From assembly GCA_965203325.1 (NCBI GenBank), contig OZ241875.1, forward strand, positions 2,464,001-2,528,000: a stretch of 64,000 nucleotides of DNA, given 5' to 3'. Origin of the DNA: a bacterium. Lineage in GTDB: Bacteria > UBA8248. The notes under the pieces are model-generated. The model did not search any database and was not told the origin of the DNA. It worked only from the letters and a program-made list of their open reading frames with translations. Positions 1 to 9,841 of the stretch are shown in pieces. Made by a program: the position numbers and the translations under genes. Within the stretch, counting starts at the first letter, position 1. The number at the start of each line of letters is the position of its first letter.

Positions 1-468
1 TTCGTGGAGTACCGCTCACTTTACTCTCTGGAAGGCCCCGTTCCCGAAGGTGACCACACCGAGCCCATCGGGAAGGCGGCGGTGAAAAGAGAAGGGAGCG
101 ACATCACCCTCATCGGGATCGGAAGCCAGGCGCGTAGTTGTCTGGAAGCCGCGGAGTTGCTCTCTGGGGAGGGGGTCGACGCCGAGGTGGTGGACCCCAG
201 GACCATCAATCCCCTGGACGTGGAGGGGCTCGCGGCCTCTGTCCGAAAAACGGGCCGATGCGTCATCGCCGAAGAAGGGCACAAAAGCGGCGGCGTGGGC
301 GCCGAGATAGCCGCATCGGTTCAGGAGGCGGCCTTCGGCGCGCTCAGGGCGCCTATCGTCCGCGTGGCGGCCCTCGACGTACCCGTGCCCGTTCACACGA
401 AACTCGAAGCCATCGTCCTGCCCAGCACGGAGAAGATCGTGGCGGCGGTGAAGAAGCTGCTTGCATAG
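1..468 (+). CDS. 2-oxoacid/acetoin dehydrogenase E1 beta subunit, C-terminal part (5' truncated by window)
   Basis: Frame open from base 1. Transketolase-C motifs EVVDPRTINPLD, SVRKTGRCVIAEEG, GVGAEIAA; clearly paralogous to 1459-2442. Confidence 0.9.
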   Translation, partial: FVEYRSLYSLEGPVPEGDHTEPIGKAAVKREGSDITLIGIGSQARSCLEAAELLSGEGVDAEVVDPRTINPLDVEGLAASVRKTGRCVIAEEGHKSGGVGAEIAASVQEAAFGALRAPIVRVAALDVPVPVHTKLEAIVLPSTEKIVAAVKKLLA

Positions 469-478
469 AGGACCTGTC

Positions 479-1447
479 TTGGCGAAATCGACTTCCGGGT
501 TATCCCGAAAACGCATGGGCGAGATGTACCGCACCATGCTGCGGATCCGCCGCTTCGAGGAGACGGCGGACGATATGTATATGGCGGGCAAGGTGGTGGG
601 CGGCGTGCACGTGAGCATCGGTCAGGAGGCGTGTTCGGCAGGCGTGTGCGCGGCCTTGCGGGAAGACGACGCCGTGCTCACCACCCACCGGGGGCACGGC
701 CACTCCATCGCCAAGGGAACGCGCCTGCCCGAGATGCTGGCCGAACTGATGGGGAAGGTGACCGGTCTTTGCCGTTCCAAGGGCGGCTCGATGCACATCG
801 CCGACGTGTCGAAGGGCCACTACGGCGCGCATTCCATCGTGGGCGCGAACATGCCGATGGCGGCGGGCATCGGCCTGGCATATCAGCTCGAAGGGAAAGA
901 CCGGGTGGCGGTGGTTTTCTTCGGAGACGGGGCCTCGAACAACGGCGCTTTTCACGAGGCGATGAACCTGTGCGCCATCTGGAAGCTGCCGGTCGTGTTT
1001 TTCTGCGAGAACAACCAGTACGCCGTGAGCGTGCCGGCGGAGTATTCCACGGCGGTGGATGACATCAGCGTGCGCTCGAAGGGCTACGACGCCCCCGGCC
1101 TGACGGTGGACGGCATGGACGCGGCGGCGGTGTATGAGGCGAGCCGCGAGGCCGTGGCCCACGCGCGGCGCGGTCTGGGGCCGAGTCTCATCGAGGCGAA
1201 GACCTACCGGTTTTTCGGCCACTCGCGCGGCGACCCGCACTACGGCATGTACCGCACGAAAGAGGAATGGGAGGGCTGGAAGGAAAGAGACCCCCTCATC
1301 GTGTGCGAGAAGATGCTCAAGATGACGGAGAAACAAAAGAAAGCGCACGCCGACGCGGTGGAGGCGGAGATTCAGGAAGCAATCGACTTTGCGGAGAGCA
1401 GTCCCGAGCCCGAAGAAAGCGTGGCGCTCGAGGACATCTTCGCCTGA
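479..1447 (+). CDS. TPP-dependent 2-oxoacid/acetoin dehydrogenase E1 alpha subunit
   Basis: THRGHGH, GGSMH, GDGA...ENNQYA TPP motif, TYRFFGHS. Likely TTG start at 479 after GAGGA. Confidence 0.93.
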   Translation: MAKSTSGLSRKRMGEMYRTMLRIRRFEETADDMYMAGKVVGGVHVSIGQEACSAGVCAALREDDAVLTTHRGHGHSIAKGTRLPEMLAELMGKVTGLCRSKGGSMHIADVSKGHYGAHSIVGANMPMAAGIGLAYQLEGKDRVAVVFFGDGASNNGAFHEAMNLCAIWKLPVVFFCENNQYAVSVPAEYSTAVDDISVRSKGYDAPGLTVDGMDAAAVYEASREAVAHARRGLGPSLIEAKTYRFFGHSRGDPHYGMYRTKEEWEGWKERDPLIVCEKMLKMTEKQKKAHADAVEAEIQEAIDFAESSPEPEESVALEDIFA

Positions 1448-1458
1448 GGGAATCCGGG

Positions 1459-2442
1459 ATGCCTGAACTCACATACGTCGAAGCCCTGAACGAGGCGCTC
1501 CACGAGGAGATGGCGCGCGATGAGAAGGTGTTTCTGATGGGCGAGGACGTGGCGTTCGATTATTTCGGCGTGTGCTCGGGGCTGGCTGATCGCTTCGGGC
1601 GCGACCGGGTGCGCGACACGCCCATCTGCGAACTCGGTTTCACGGGCGCAGGCGTGGGTGCGGCGATGGCGGGTTTCCGCCCCATCGTGGACTTGCGCTT
1701 CATGGACTTCACCACCTACGCGCTTGACCCCATCGTGAACCAGGCGGCGAAGCTGCGCTACATGCTGGGGGGACAGCTATCGGTTCCCATGGTGGCGCGG
1801 ATACCCAGCGGCGCGGGCCTTCAGTACGGCGCGACGCACGGGCAGTCGCTCGAAGCGTGGTTCATGCAGGTGCCGGGGCTGAAAGTCCTCTACCCGAGTT
1901 GTGCGCCCGACGCCAAGGGGCTGCTCAAGGCCGCCGTTCGCGACGAAAACCCGGTCATGTTCATCGAGCACAGGCTGCTCTACGCGCAAAAGACGAAGCA
2001 AAGCGTGCCGGATGGCGATCACACCACCCCCATCGGGGTGGCCGACGTGAAGCGGTCGGGCGCGGACGCCACCATCGTGGGAATCGGCTATCAGATGGGC
2101 CATTGCCTCGAAGCGGCGGAGGCGCTGGCGGGAGAGGGAATCGAGTGCGAGGTCATCGACCCGCGTTCACTCTCGCCCCTGGACGTGGAGACCATCACGG
2201 CCTCCGTTCGCAAGACGAGCCGCTGCGTCATCGTGGAAGAGGGCCACCTGAGGAGCGGCGTAGGCGCGGAAATCTCGGCCGCCATACAGGAGGCGGTTTT
2301 CGAATACCTCGACGCGCCCATCGGCCGCGTGGCCGCGCTCATGGCGCCGATTCCCGTTCAGACGAAACTCGAGAAATTCGTGCTCCCGAGCACGGAGAAA
2401 GTCATCGCGGCGGTCCGCAAGACCCTGGGCGTCGCCGCCTGA
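1459..2442 (+). CDS. 2-oxoacid/acetoin dehydrogenase E1 beta subunit
   Basis: MGEDV, RVRDTPICE, HGQSLEAWF, DENPVMFIEHR. ATG at 1459 (ORF track over-extends). Confidence 0.93.
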   Translation: MPELTYVEALNEALHEEMARDEKVFLMGEDVAFDYFGVCSGLADRFGRDRVRDTPICELGFTGAGVGAAMAGFRPIVDLRFMDFTTYALDPIVNQAAKLRYMLGGQLSVPMVARIPSGAGLQYGATHGQSLEAWFMQVPGLKVLYPSCAPDAKGLLKAAVRDENPVMFIEHRLLYAQKTKQSVPDGDHTTPIGVADVKRSGADATIVGIGYQMGHCLEAAEALAGEGIECEVIDPRSLSPLDVETITASVRKTSRCVIVEEGHLRSGVGAEISAAIQEAVFEYLDAPIGRVAALMAPIPVQTKLEKFVLPSTEKVIAAVRKTLGVAA

Positions 2443-2445
2443 TCC

Positions 2446-3429
2446 TCAGTCCTGGGCGACGATGGGGTTTCTCAGAACCCCCACATGCTCGACCTCGCAT
2501 TCCACCACGTCACCCGGCTTGAGCAGATAGGGTTCGGGGTCTTCCTGCTCCAGGGCCACGCCGCAGAAAGTGCCCGATGAGATGATGTCTCCCGGCTCCA
2601 GCGACATCTGGCTGTAGAAGGCGATGAGTTCGGGTATCTTGAAGATCATGTCGGTCAGAAGCTCGTCCTGTCGCGTCTCTCCGTTCACCCGGCATTGCAC
2701 TCGCAGCGATTCGGGGTTCGGCACCTCGTCGGCGGTGACGATGTAGGGGCCGATGGGGTTGGTGGTGTCGAAGTTCTTGCCCAGGAAAACGCCGCCCAAA
2801 GCGGCGGATCGCTGCACCTCGCGCGCCGTGATGTCGTTGTAGACCGTATAGCCCATGATGGCGTCGAAGGCGTTCTCGGGTTTCACGTCCTTGCAGTATT
2901 TGCCGATGATGAAGCCGACCTCCACCTCGTAATCCAGCATCTTGGTCTGTTTGGGATAGATCACGGGCTCCTCGTGGCCGACGAGCGAGGAGTCGAAGCG
3001 CGGCGCGCCCGGCACGTTCTCGGGAACCGCATGGCCCGTGTTGGCGACGTGCTTGTTCGAGTTGAGCCCGGTGTGGAAGAACTTGCCGGGATGCGGAATC
3101 GGCGCCCTGAGTCGCACGTGGCGGTCTTTCAGGGCGGCGAGTTCGCCGTCCGGCCCCGCAGGCTCTCCGCCCGAAGCGATGATGGCCTCCGCATGGCCGA
3201 GCGCCGCGCCTGCCGCCGCCATGGCCGGTTCGCCGCCGCATAGAAATTCGCGCATGTCCCGGGGAATCCGCGCGTTCGCCATGGCGAAGGGGCGTCCTTC
3301 ACCCTCTTTTTCCGCGAGATAGCTCGCGTAGGCGAGGCGCAGGTCGAGGGTTCGCCCGTCTTTCAGAACGGCGCCCAGTCGGTCTCCGGTCGCGCCCGGC
3401 GAGAGGTTCCTGTAGGTGGCGAGTTTCAT
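2446..3429 (-). CDS. Fumarylacetoacetate hydrolase family protein
   Basis: LDYEVE, GYTVYNDITAR, GKNFDT, PGDIISSGT, LKPGDVVECEVE. Start MKLATY after AGGAG. Confidence 0.92.
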   Translation of the reverse strand: MKLATYRNLSPGATGDRLGAVLKDGRTLDLRLAYASYLAEKEGEGRPFAMANARIPRDMREFLCGGEPAMAAAGAALGHAEAIIASGGEPAGPDGELAALKDRHVRLRAPIPHPGKFFHTGLNSNKHVANTGHAVPENVPGAPRFDSSLVGHEEPVIYPKQTKMLDYEVEVGFIIGKYCKDVKPENAFDAIMGYTVYNDITAREVQRSAALGGVFLGKNFDTTNPIGPYIVTADEVPNPESLRVQCRVNGETRQDELLTDMIFKIPELIAFYSQMSLEPGDIISSGTFCGVALEQEDPEPYLLKPGDVVECEVEHVGVLRNPIVAQD

Positions 3430-3687
3430 GGGTTTCTCCTTTCGGTGATGAAAGCGCAAAGATTTTCGCATGTATGGGGGTCGTGCATCGCAATTTCCGC
3501 ATCCTACAGAACGAAGGCGCGGGTTGTCCATGAAGCGGGGAGGCGCACCGCGCATGCAGGTTTGAATGGCTTCAGGTTATGCGCAAGTGCCACGGCTCTT
3601 GACGAGCCGCCGAAAGAAGGGGATAAGTAATCTCTCACGTATATATGGCGTATTTGTATTCAATCGTTTTTCGGCAAGGGTTTCACC

Positions 3688-4707
3688 ATGCGCACCTATA
3701 TCATCAGACGCTGCCTGCAAAGCTTCATCGTGTTCGGGGCGATACTGATCCTCGTGTTCTCGATGCTCCAGATCACGGGGAATCCCGCGGCGGTCCTCAT
3801 GCCGCTCGATTCCACCGAAGAGGACATCGAGGCCTTCAGCAAGGAGATGGGCTTCGATCAGCCCATACCGATCCAGTTCGCCAAGTTCATCCTGGGATCG
3901 GACCTGGTGGACGACCTGCTCGGCACAGACAGAGAGAAAGTGAAGGTCGATGAACTCGAACGCGACCCCGACGCGCCCAAGATCGTCCGCACCAAGGGCG
4001 TGATTCGAGGCGATTTCGGGTTTTCCTATAGGCACGAGATACCGGCGATGGGCCTCGTGCTCGAGCATTTCCCCAACACCGTTCTCCTCGCCCTGGTGGC
4101 GGTCCTGATAGCCGTGGTGATATCCATACCCGCCGGGGTCTTGTCTGCCACCTTCCGCAATACGTGGATCGACTACTCCAGTTCGGTCGGCGCGATGTTC
4201 GGCCAGTCGATGCCGAACTTCTGGCTCGGCCTTTTGCTCATCATATTCTTCGCCGTGTATCTCGGCTGGCTGCCCACCTCGGGTTACGACGCCTGGTATT
4301 ACATCATCCTGCCGTCGATCACGGCGGGTCTTTACGCCACCGCGCGGATCACGCGCCTCGTGCGCTCCCAGATGCTCGACGTGCTGGGCATGGACTACGT
4401 GCGCACGGCGCGCTCGAAGGGAATCGTGGAGTGGCTCGTGGTCATTCGCCACGCGCTCAAGAACGCATCCATCCCCGTCGTCACCCTGGTGGGTTTCGAA
4501 CTCGGCATTCTGCTCGGCGGCACGGTGGTGACCGAGGCCGTCTTCGCGTGGCCGGGCGTGGGCTTTCTGGTGGTGGACGCCATCAACAACCAGGACTACC
4601 CCATCGTCCAGGCGGCGGTGGCGCTTCTGGCGTTCGTGTTCGTTTTCGTGAACCTCGTGGTCGACATCTTGTACGCATGGCTCGACCCGAGGATTTCCTA
4701 TAGCTAA
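3688..4707 (+). CDS. Peptide/nickel ABC transporter permease (DppB/OppB-like)
   Basis: GDFGFSY, MPNFWLG, DYVRTARSKG EAA loop, TEAVFAWPGVG. Confidence 0.93.
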   Translation: MRTYIIRRCLQSFIVFGAILILVFSMLQITGNPAAVLMPLDSTEEDIEAFSKEMGFDQPIPIQFAKFILGSDLVDDLLGTDREKVKVDELERDPDAPKIVRTKGVIRGDFGFSYRHEIPAMGLVLEHFPNTVLLALVAVLIAVVISIPAGVLSATFRNTWIDYSSSVGAMFGQSMPNFWLGLLLIIFFAVYLGWLPTSGYDAWYYIILPSITAGLYATARITRLVRSQMLDVLGMDYVRTARSKGIVEWLVVIRHALKNASIPVVTLVGFELGILLGGTVVTEAVFAWPGVGFLVVDAINNQDYPIVQAAVALLAFVFVFVNLVVDILYAWLDPRISYS

Positions 4708-4723
4708 GGGGTAAGGACACACG

Positions 4724-5653
4724 ATGGTTGTCGACGACAGGGCGGCGACGCTCGACATCGAAATCGATGAGGATACCGAACGGGGGCCGAGCGATTTTCA
4801 ACTCGCCATGCAGGAGTTAAGGCGCAGGCCGCCGGCGATATTCGGCGCGTTCTTCGTCTCCCTCGTCATCATCTTCGCCCTCGTGCCCGAGTTGTTCTCT
4901 CCGCTGGACCCGCTCTCCCAGGACCTGGGACGCTACCTGAAACCCCCCGGCTTCGTGGACAAGGCGGGAGACACCTACTGGCTCGGCACCGACCAGCAGG
5001 GCCGCGATATCCTGAGCCGCATCGTCTGGGGCTCGCGCATCTCGCTCATCGTCGGCATCGCCGCCGTCATCGTGAGCGGACTCATCGGCATCACCGTCGG
5101 CATCATCGCGGGCTATTTCGGCGGCTGGATCGACACCATCATCAGCCGCATCATCGATACGGCCCTTGCCGTCCCATTCATCCTGCTCGCCATCAGCCTG
5201 GTGGCGATACTGGGGCCGAGTCTCCAGAACATCGTCCTGGTCATCGCGCTCAGGACCTGGCTCGTCTACGCGCGGGTGGTGCGCGCGGAGGTGCTCTCCA
5301 TCAAGGAGAACGAGTTCGTCACCGGAGCGAGGGCGACCGGCTGCGGCACGGTGCGGATCCTGTTCATCTATCTCTTCCCGAACGTGGCTTCCACGACCAT
5401 CGTCATCGCCACCCTGTACCTGGGCCGGATGATCATCATCGAATCGGCGCTCTCCTTCCTGGGACTGGGCGTGCCGCCTCCCACGCCGACGTGGGGCGGA
5501 ATGCTCGCCGACGGCAGGAGTTTCCTCGACACGGCCTGGTGGATAGCGCTCTTCCCGGGCCTCATCCTCATGCTCACGGTGTTGAGCGTGAACCTTCTGG
5601 GCGACTGGCTGCGCGACGTGCTCGACCCGAGAATGAAGCGCCTGGCCGAGTAG
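4724..5653 (+). CDS. Peptide/nickel ABC transporter permease (DppC/OppC-like)
   Basis: WLGTDQQGRDILSR, ESALSFLGLGVPPPTPTWG, NLLGDWLRDVLDPR. Confidence 0.93.
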   Translation: MVVDDRAATLDIEIDEDTERGPSDFQLAMQELRRRPPAIFGAFFVSLVIIFALVPELFSPLDPLSQDLGRYLKPPGFVDKAGDTYWLGTDQQGRDILSRIVWGSRISLIVGIAAVIVSGLIGITVGIIAGYFGGWIDTIISRIIDTALAVPFILLAISLVAILGPSLQNIVLVIALRTWLVYARVVRAEVLSIKENEFVTGARATGCGTVRILFIYLFPNVASTTIVIATLYLGRMIIIESALSFLGLGVPPPTPTWGGMLADGRSFLDTAWWIALFPGLILMLTVLSVNLLGDWLRDVLDPRMKRLAE

Positions 5654-5678
5654 CGCCCCCGGCGGGAGGATACCTTCC

Positions 5679-6671
5679 ATGTCGAACCCCCAGCTTCCTT
5701 CGAGCGTTCTCGTGCGCGACGTCGTCATGCGCGACGGCATCCAGAACCTGAAACAGGTGCTGCCCACCGAACTGAAGATCGAGATCATCGAAGGCCTGGC
5801 GGACGCAGGCATCCGCCGCATCGAGGCCACGAGCTTCATGAACCCCAAGGCCGTGCCCGCCACGGCGGACGCGGACGAGGTGATGCGCCGCATCGAGCGA
5901 AAGCCGGGCGTGACCTATGAGTGCCTCGTTGCCAACGAGCGCGGCGCGCGCCGGGCGGTGGACGCAGGGAGCGACGGGGTGCAGCAGGTCATCTCCATCA
6001 CGGACGTTCACAACCGCGCGAACGTGAACCGCTCCGTCAAGCAGAGCCTGGAAGAGATGGCCAAAATTTCCAAGATCGTGAAGGGCGCGGGGGTTCCCTT
6101 CAGCGGGGCGATCAGCCTCTCGACGGGGTGCCCCTACACCGGGCGCGTGGCGGAAGAGGTGGTCTACGACATCGCCGAAAAATACGACACGCTGGGCGTG
6201 GACGAGTTTTTCCTGTGCGATTCGATGGGCATGGGCGACCCCGCGCGGATGGGCCGCATGGTGAGCGAACTGCGCCGCCGCTGGCCGGAGAAGGGCCTCG
6301 TCGTCCATCTCCACAATACGCGCGGCATGGGCCTCGCCAACGCCCTCGCCTCGATGCAGGCGGGAGCGGACGTGCTGGACGGCTCTTTGGGCGGCATCGG
6401 GGGCTGCCCCTTCGCGCCGAACGCTTCGGGCAACATTTCCACCGAAGACCTGGCCCACATGCTCTGGCTGATGGAGGTGGAAACGGGGGTCGACGTGGAC
6501 GCCCTGGTCCGCCTGGCGGAGAAGCTGGCCGACGCCATGGAAGCCCCCCTGCACGGCACGGTGTTAAAGGCGGGCAAGAGCTTCACGAAGACGCCCACGC
6601 CCGAGTGGCTCCTCGTGGATGAGGACGCCCGCACCACCCAGGCGGTGGATGAACTGGCCGTGCGGTTCTAG
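5679..6671 (+). CDS. Hydroxymethylglutaryl-CoA lyase family (DRE-TIM)
   Basis: RDGIQN, HLHNTRGMGLAN, GGIGGCPFAPNASGNISTED. Confidence 0.92.
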   Translation: MSNPQLPSSVLVRDVVMRDGIQNLKQVLPTELKIEIIEGLADAGIRRIEATSFMNPKAVPATADADEVMRRIERKPGVTYECLVANERGARRAVDAGSDGVQQVISITDVHNRANVNRSVKQSLEEMAKISKIVKGAGVPFSGAISLSTGCPYTGRVAEEVVYDIAEKYDTLGVDEFFLCDSMGMGDPARMGRMVSELRRRWPEKGLVVHLHNTRGMGLANALASMQAGADVLDGSLGGIGGCPFAPNASGNISTEDLAHMLWLMEVETGVDVDALVRLAEKLADAMEAPLHGTVLKAGKSFTKTPTPEWLLVDEDARTTQAVDELAVRF

Positions 6672-6722
6672 GCGGGCAGTGTCCCCTCCCATCACCCCGA
6701 GGCGTTATATGCGAGCAAAAAA

Positions 6723-6775
6723 GTAGGGACAGCCCCTCCTCAGGGCCGTCCCACAGGTCGCGACCTGTCCCTACA
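6723..6775. repeat. GTAG-type REP-like palindromic element
   Basis: GTAGGGACAG...CAGGTCGCGACCTGTCCCTAC; same family at 25737, 27844-27916, 31525, 34151-34272 and 51473-51565. Confidence 0.7.
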
Positions 6776-6806
6776 GAGTCGATACAAATTGCACGCATGC
6801 CCCCCA

Positions 6807-8018
6807 TTACCCCAAATCGATCCCCTCGCTCTTGAGCTTTTCTTCCGTGTAGCCCAGTTGCTCGATCAAGACCTCGCGGTTGCTGTTCCCCAGAGGCTCG
6901 CCCGCGTGGCGCACCTTGCCGGGCGTGCGCGAGAGCTTGCCGAAGGCTTCCTGCATCCGCACCGGGCCGCCGAGTTCCGCGTCTTGCACCTCGGTGATGT
7001 TCCCGCGCGCGACGACCTGTTCGTTCTCCACCACCATCTTCACGTTGTTGATGGGGGTGGCCGCGCCCTCGAACGCGGTCAAGCGCTCCATCACCTCATC
7101 GAGGGTGAGGGTGATTAACGTCTTCTGGAGTTCGTCCTCGATGGCGTCCGCGTTCTTCATGCGCTCGCGGTTGTCGGCGAACCTCGGGTCGGCAATCAAA
7201 TCCTCGCGCCCCAGCCCCCGGCAGATGTTCTCGAAGATGGACTGGTTCGAACCGGCGATGAGCACCCAATGGCCGTCTTTGGTCTCGAAGTTGTTCCTCG
7301 GCACCGCGAACTCGAGGCGCGAGCCGCTCCTGCCCTGGATGAAATCGAGCTGATCGTAGTAGATCACCTGGGGCCCCAGCATGGTGAGCAGCTGCTCGTA
7401 GATGGCGAGATCGATCTGCTGGCCCGCGCCGCCCCTTCGCTCGCGCTCGAACAGGGCGGTCATCACCAGAAACGCCGCCCCGATGCCCGTCGAGCAATCC
7501 CCCAGCCCCCAGGAGGGGCTGAGCGGCGGGCCGTCGGGGTAGCCGTTGATGTGGCTAAAGCCCGCGAAAGCCTCGGCCAGCGAGCCGAAGCCGGGGCGGT
7601 TCCTGTAGGGGCCCGTCCTGCCGAACCCCGTGATGGAGAGCATGATGACGGCGGGGTTCACCTCTTTTAAGTTCTCATAATCCAGCCCCCATTTTTCGAG
7701 CACGCCGGTGCGGTAGTTCTCCACGACGACGTTGGCCCCGGCCACGAGTTTCTTGACCGCCTCGACGCCGAAGGGGGTCCTCAAGTCGAGCGTCACGCTC
7801 TTCTTGTTGCGGTTGATCATCTTGTAGTAGAGGCCCACGCCGTTTTTGTTGTGGCCCCAAAGGCGCATGGGGTCGCCGCCCCTGGGGTTTTCGATCTTGA
7901 CGACATCCGCGCCGTAGTCGGCGAGATACATCGTGCAGAGCGGCCCCGCCAGATAGTTCGACATGTCCACGACCCGCACGCCCGCGAGGGGCATGCGCGC
8001 GGTTTGTTCATCGTTCAT
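6807..8018 (-). CDS. CoA-transferase family III (CaiB/BaiF)
   Basis: PLAGVRVVDMS..LAGP, GADVVKIE, NRNKKSVTLDL, VVENYRTG, ITGFGRTGPY. Confidence 0.95.
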   Translation of the reverse strand: MNDEQTARMPLAGVRVVDMSNYLAGPLCTMYLADYGADVVKIENPRGGDPMRLWGHNKNGVGLYYKMINRNKKSVTLDLRTPFGVEAVKKLVAGANVVVENYRTGVLEKWGLDYENLKEVNPAVIMLSITGFGRTGPYRNRPGFGSLAEAFAGFSHINGYPDGPPLSPSWGLGDCSTGIGAAFLVMTALFERERRGGAGQQIDLAIYEQLLTMLGPQVIYYDQLDFIQGRSGSRLEFAVPRNNFETKDGHWVLIAGSNQSIFENICRGLGREDLIADPRFADNRERMKNADAIEDELQKTLITLTLDEVMERLTAFEGAATPINNVKMVVENEQVVARGNITEVQDAELGGPVRMQEAFGKLSRTPGKVRHAGEPLGNSNREVLIEQLGYTEEKLKSEGIDLG

Positions 8019-8126
8019 GGGTTGTCCTCACGAGAAAGCCTTCGCCTGCGTGTTCAGGAAACGGGGAGAATGCTATCATCCGGCGAAGCCTTTTGGAATC
8101 AACAGAACGCCTCACAGGAGATAGCC

Positions 8127-9239
8127 ATGGGCTACCGGGGCATGCACGTCGTGGACGCCGACGCGCACTATCTCGAGGAAATCCGCGATTTCGCCAAGTA
8201 TCTCAAGGGCCCCTCGGTCGAGCGTTTCGCCGACTGGAGCGGGCAGTACCACATGCCCGCCCTGGTGGGAGAGCAGTACGACGTCATGCTCCACGGCCGC
8301 ACCGTGCGGGGCGCCGAGGCGGGCAAGGGCGATCAGGACGAGATGCTCGGCATGTCGAGTCCCGCCGACATTCCCGTCGTGATGGAGCGCTTCGGCATCG
8401 ACACCATCGTCATGATCCCCACCTACATGCTCATGGTCGAGTTCGTGCGCAACGCGAACCACGCCATGGACATCTGCAACGGCTACATCGACTACATGCT
8501 GGACGGCGTATGCGCCCCCGAGGAGGGAATCTACACGCTGGTAGTGGCCGCGGGCCGCGACCCCGAGCGCGCCGCGAAGATGATAGACCGCGTGGCGGGC
8601 AATCCCGCCGTCTGCGGGGTGGAGATGCTCGGGAGCGTCGAGCTCCCCTTGGGGGCCGAGGCGTACAACCCCATCTACGAGGCGGCGCAGCACCACGGGC
8701 TTCCGGTCGTCTTGCACGCGAACTTCCTGGGGCCCGACCTTTCGAGCTTCGCCAAGTTTCCCTCCTTTTTGGAAAGCCACGCGCTGGACATGACGTGGTG
8801 CAACCAGGTGCAGCTCGTGAGCATGGTGATGGAGGGTGTGCCCGAGCGGTTCCCGGACCTCAAGATCGTATTTCAGGAGAGCGGCATCACCTGGGTGGCG
8901 GGCCTCATGTACCGCCTCGACACCGAATACATGCGCCGCCGCGTGGAAGCGCCGCTGCTTCGGAAGCTGCCGAGCGAATACATCAAGGATTTCTACTTCG
9001 GCACCCAGCCGATGGAGGATATGCCGAGAAAGCACTTGAAGATGTTTTTCGACCTGCTCGACGCGGAGAACACCTTCATCTACGCGAGCGACTGGCCCCA
9101 TTTCGATTACGACGAGCCCTCGGCGGTCGCCGACTTGCCCTTCCTGAGCGATGCGGGCCGCCGCAAAATCATGGGCGAGAACGCGCTCGGCGTCTTCCGC
9201 TTCACGGAGAAGACGGTGAATCTGGAAGTGAGCGCCTAG
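8127..9239 (+). CDS. Amidohydrolase_2-fold metalloprotein, candidate dinuclear oxygenase
   Basis: N-terminal DADAH, LPVVLH, FQESG, YASDWPHFD. ATG 8127 after AGGAG; abuts a Rieske gene. Confidence 0.85.
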   Translation: MGYRGMHVVDADAHYLEEIRDFAKYLKGPSVERFADWSGQYHMPALVGEQYDVMLHGRTVRGAEAGKGDQDEMLGMSSPADIPVVMERFGIDTIVMIPTYMLMVEFVRNANHAMDICNGYIDYMLDGVCAPEEGIYTLVVAAGRDPERAAKMIDRVAGNPAVCGVEMLGSVELPLGAEAYNPIYEAAQHHGLPVVLHANFLGPDLSSFAKFPSFLESHALDMTWCNQVQLVSMVMEGVPERFPDLKIVFQESGITWVAGLMYRLDTEYMRRRVEAPLLRKLPSEYIKDFYFGTQPMEDMPRKHLKMFFDLLDAENTFIYASDWPHFDYDEPSAVADLPFLSDAGRRKIMGENALGVFRFTEKTVNLEVSA

Positions 9240-9617
9240 ATGGCGAGGCGGCTCTGGGCGGCACGCGCCTCCGAGATAGGCCCCGGCGAGCGGATTCGCC
9301 TGGAACTCGGCGGTCTCAATCTCGGGATATTCCGCTTGAGCGACGGTTTTTTCGCGCTGGAGGACAAGTGCCCGCACCAGCAGGGTCCCGTGTGCTCGGG
9401 GAACCTCTTTCGCGAGATTACGGCAACTGTGGCGGAAGACGGCAGGGTGCGCGAGCGCTACGCGCGCGATGAGGCGGACGTGGTCGCGTGCCCCATGCAC
9501 GGCTGGGAGTTCAAGGTCAGGACGGGGGAATGCCTCGCCAACCGCAGGCGGAAAGTCCAGCGCTTTCCCGTGGAAGTCGACGGGGAGGACCTCTACGTCA
9601 TCCTGCCGGGAGGGTGA
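9240..9617 (+). CDS. Rieske [2Fe-2S] ferredoxin
   Basis: CPHQ...CPMHGWEF Rieske ligands; starts immediately after the upstream TAG. Confidence 0.93.
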   Translation: MARRLWAARASEIGPGERIRLELGGLNLGIFRLSDGFFALEDKCPHQQGPVCSGNLFREITATVAEDGRVRERYARDEADVVACPMHGWEFKVRTGECLANRRRKVQRFPVEVDGEDLYVILPGG

Positions 9618-9725
9618 GGAGTCAAAACCGACCGGGGAGGGGGGGTTGCCTTTGTGGGGTTTCCCTTTCAGAGGGTTGCCATTCCCCTCTCAGGGGGTTT
9701 TTCAACGCTCTCCGAATCCGCGCTG

Positions 9726-9756
9726 TTGACAACCCCGCTGCAAACGCCACTATAAT
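9726..9756 (+). promoter_or_regulatory. Sigma70-like promoter with 19 bp spacer
   Basis: TTGACA (9726-9731), 19 nt spacer, TATAAT (9751-9756), upstream of the VOC gene. Confidence 0.5.
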
Positions 9757-9841
9757 TTCTCTTATCTATTCAAGTTCGACCCGAGCAGCCGGGAGGATAG
9801 AGGCCTCCTCTTTTCGGCTCACTTTTTCTGGAGGGGAAAAG

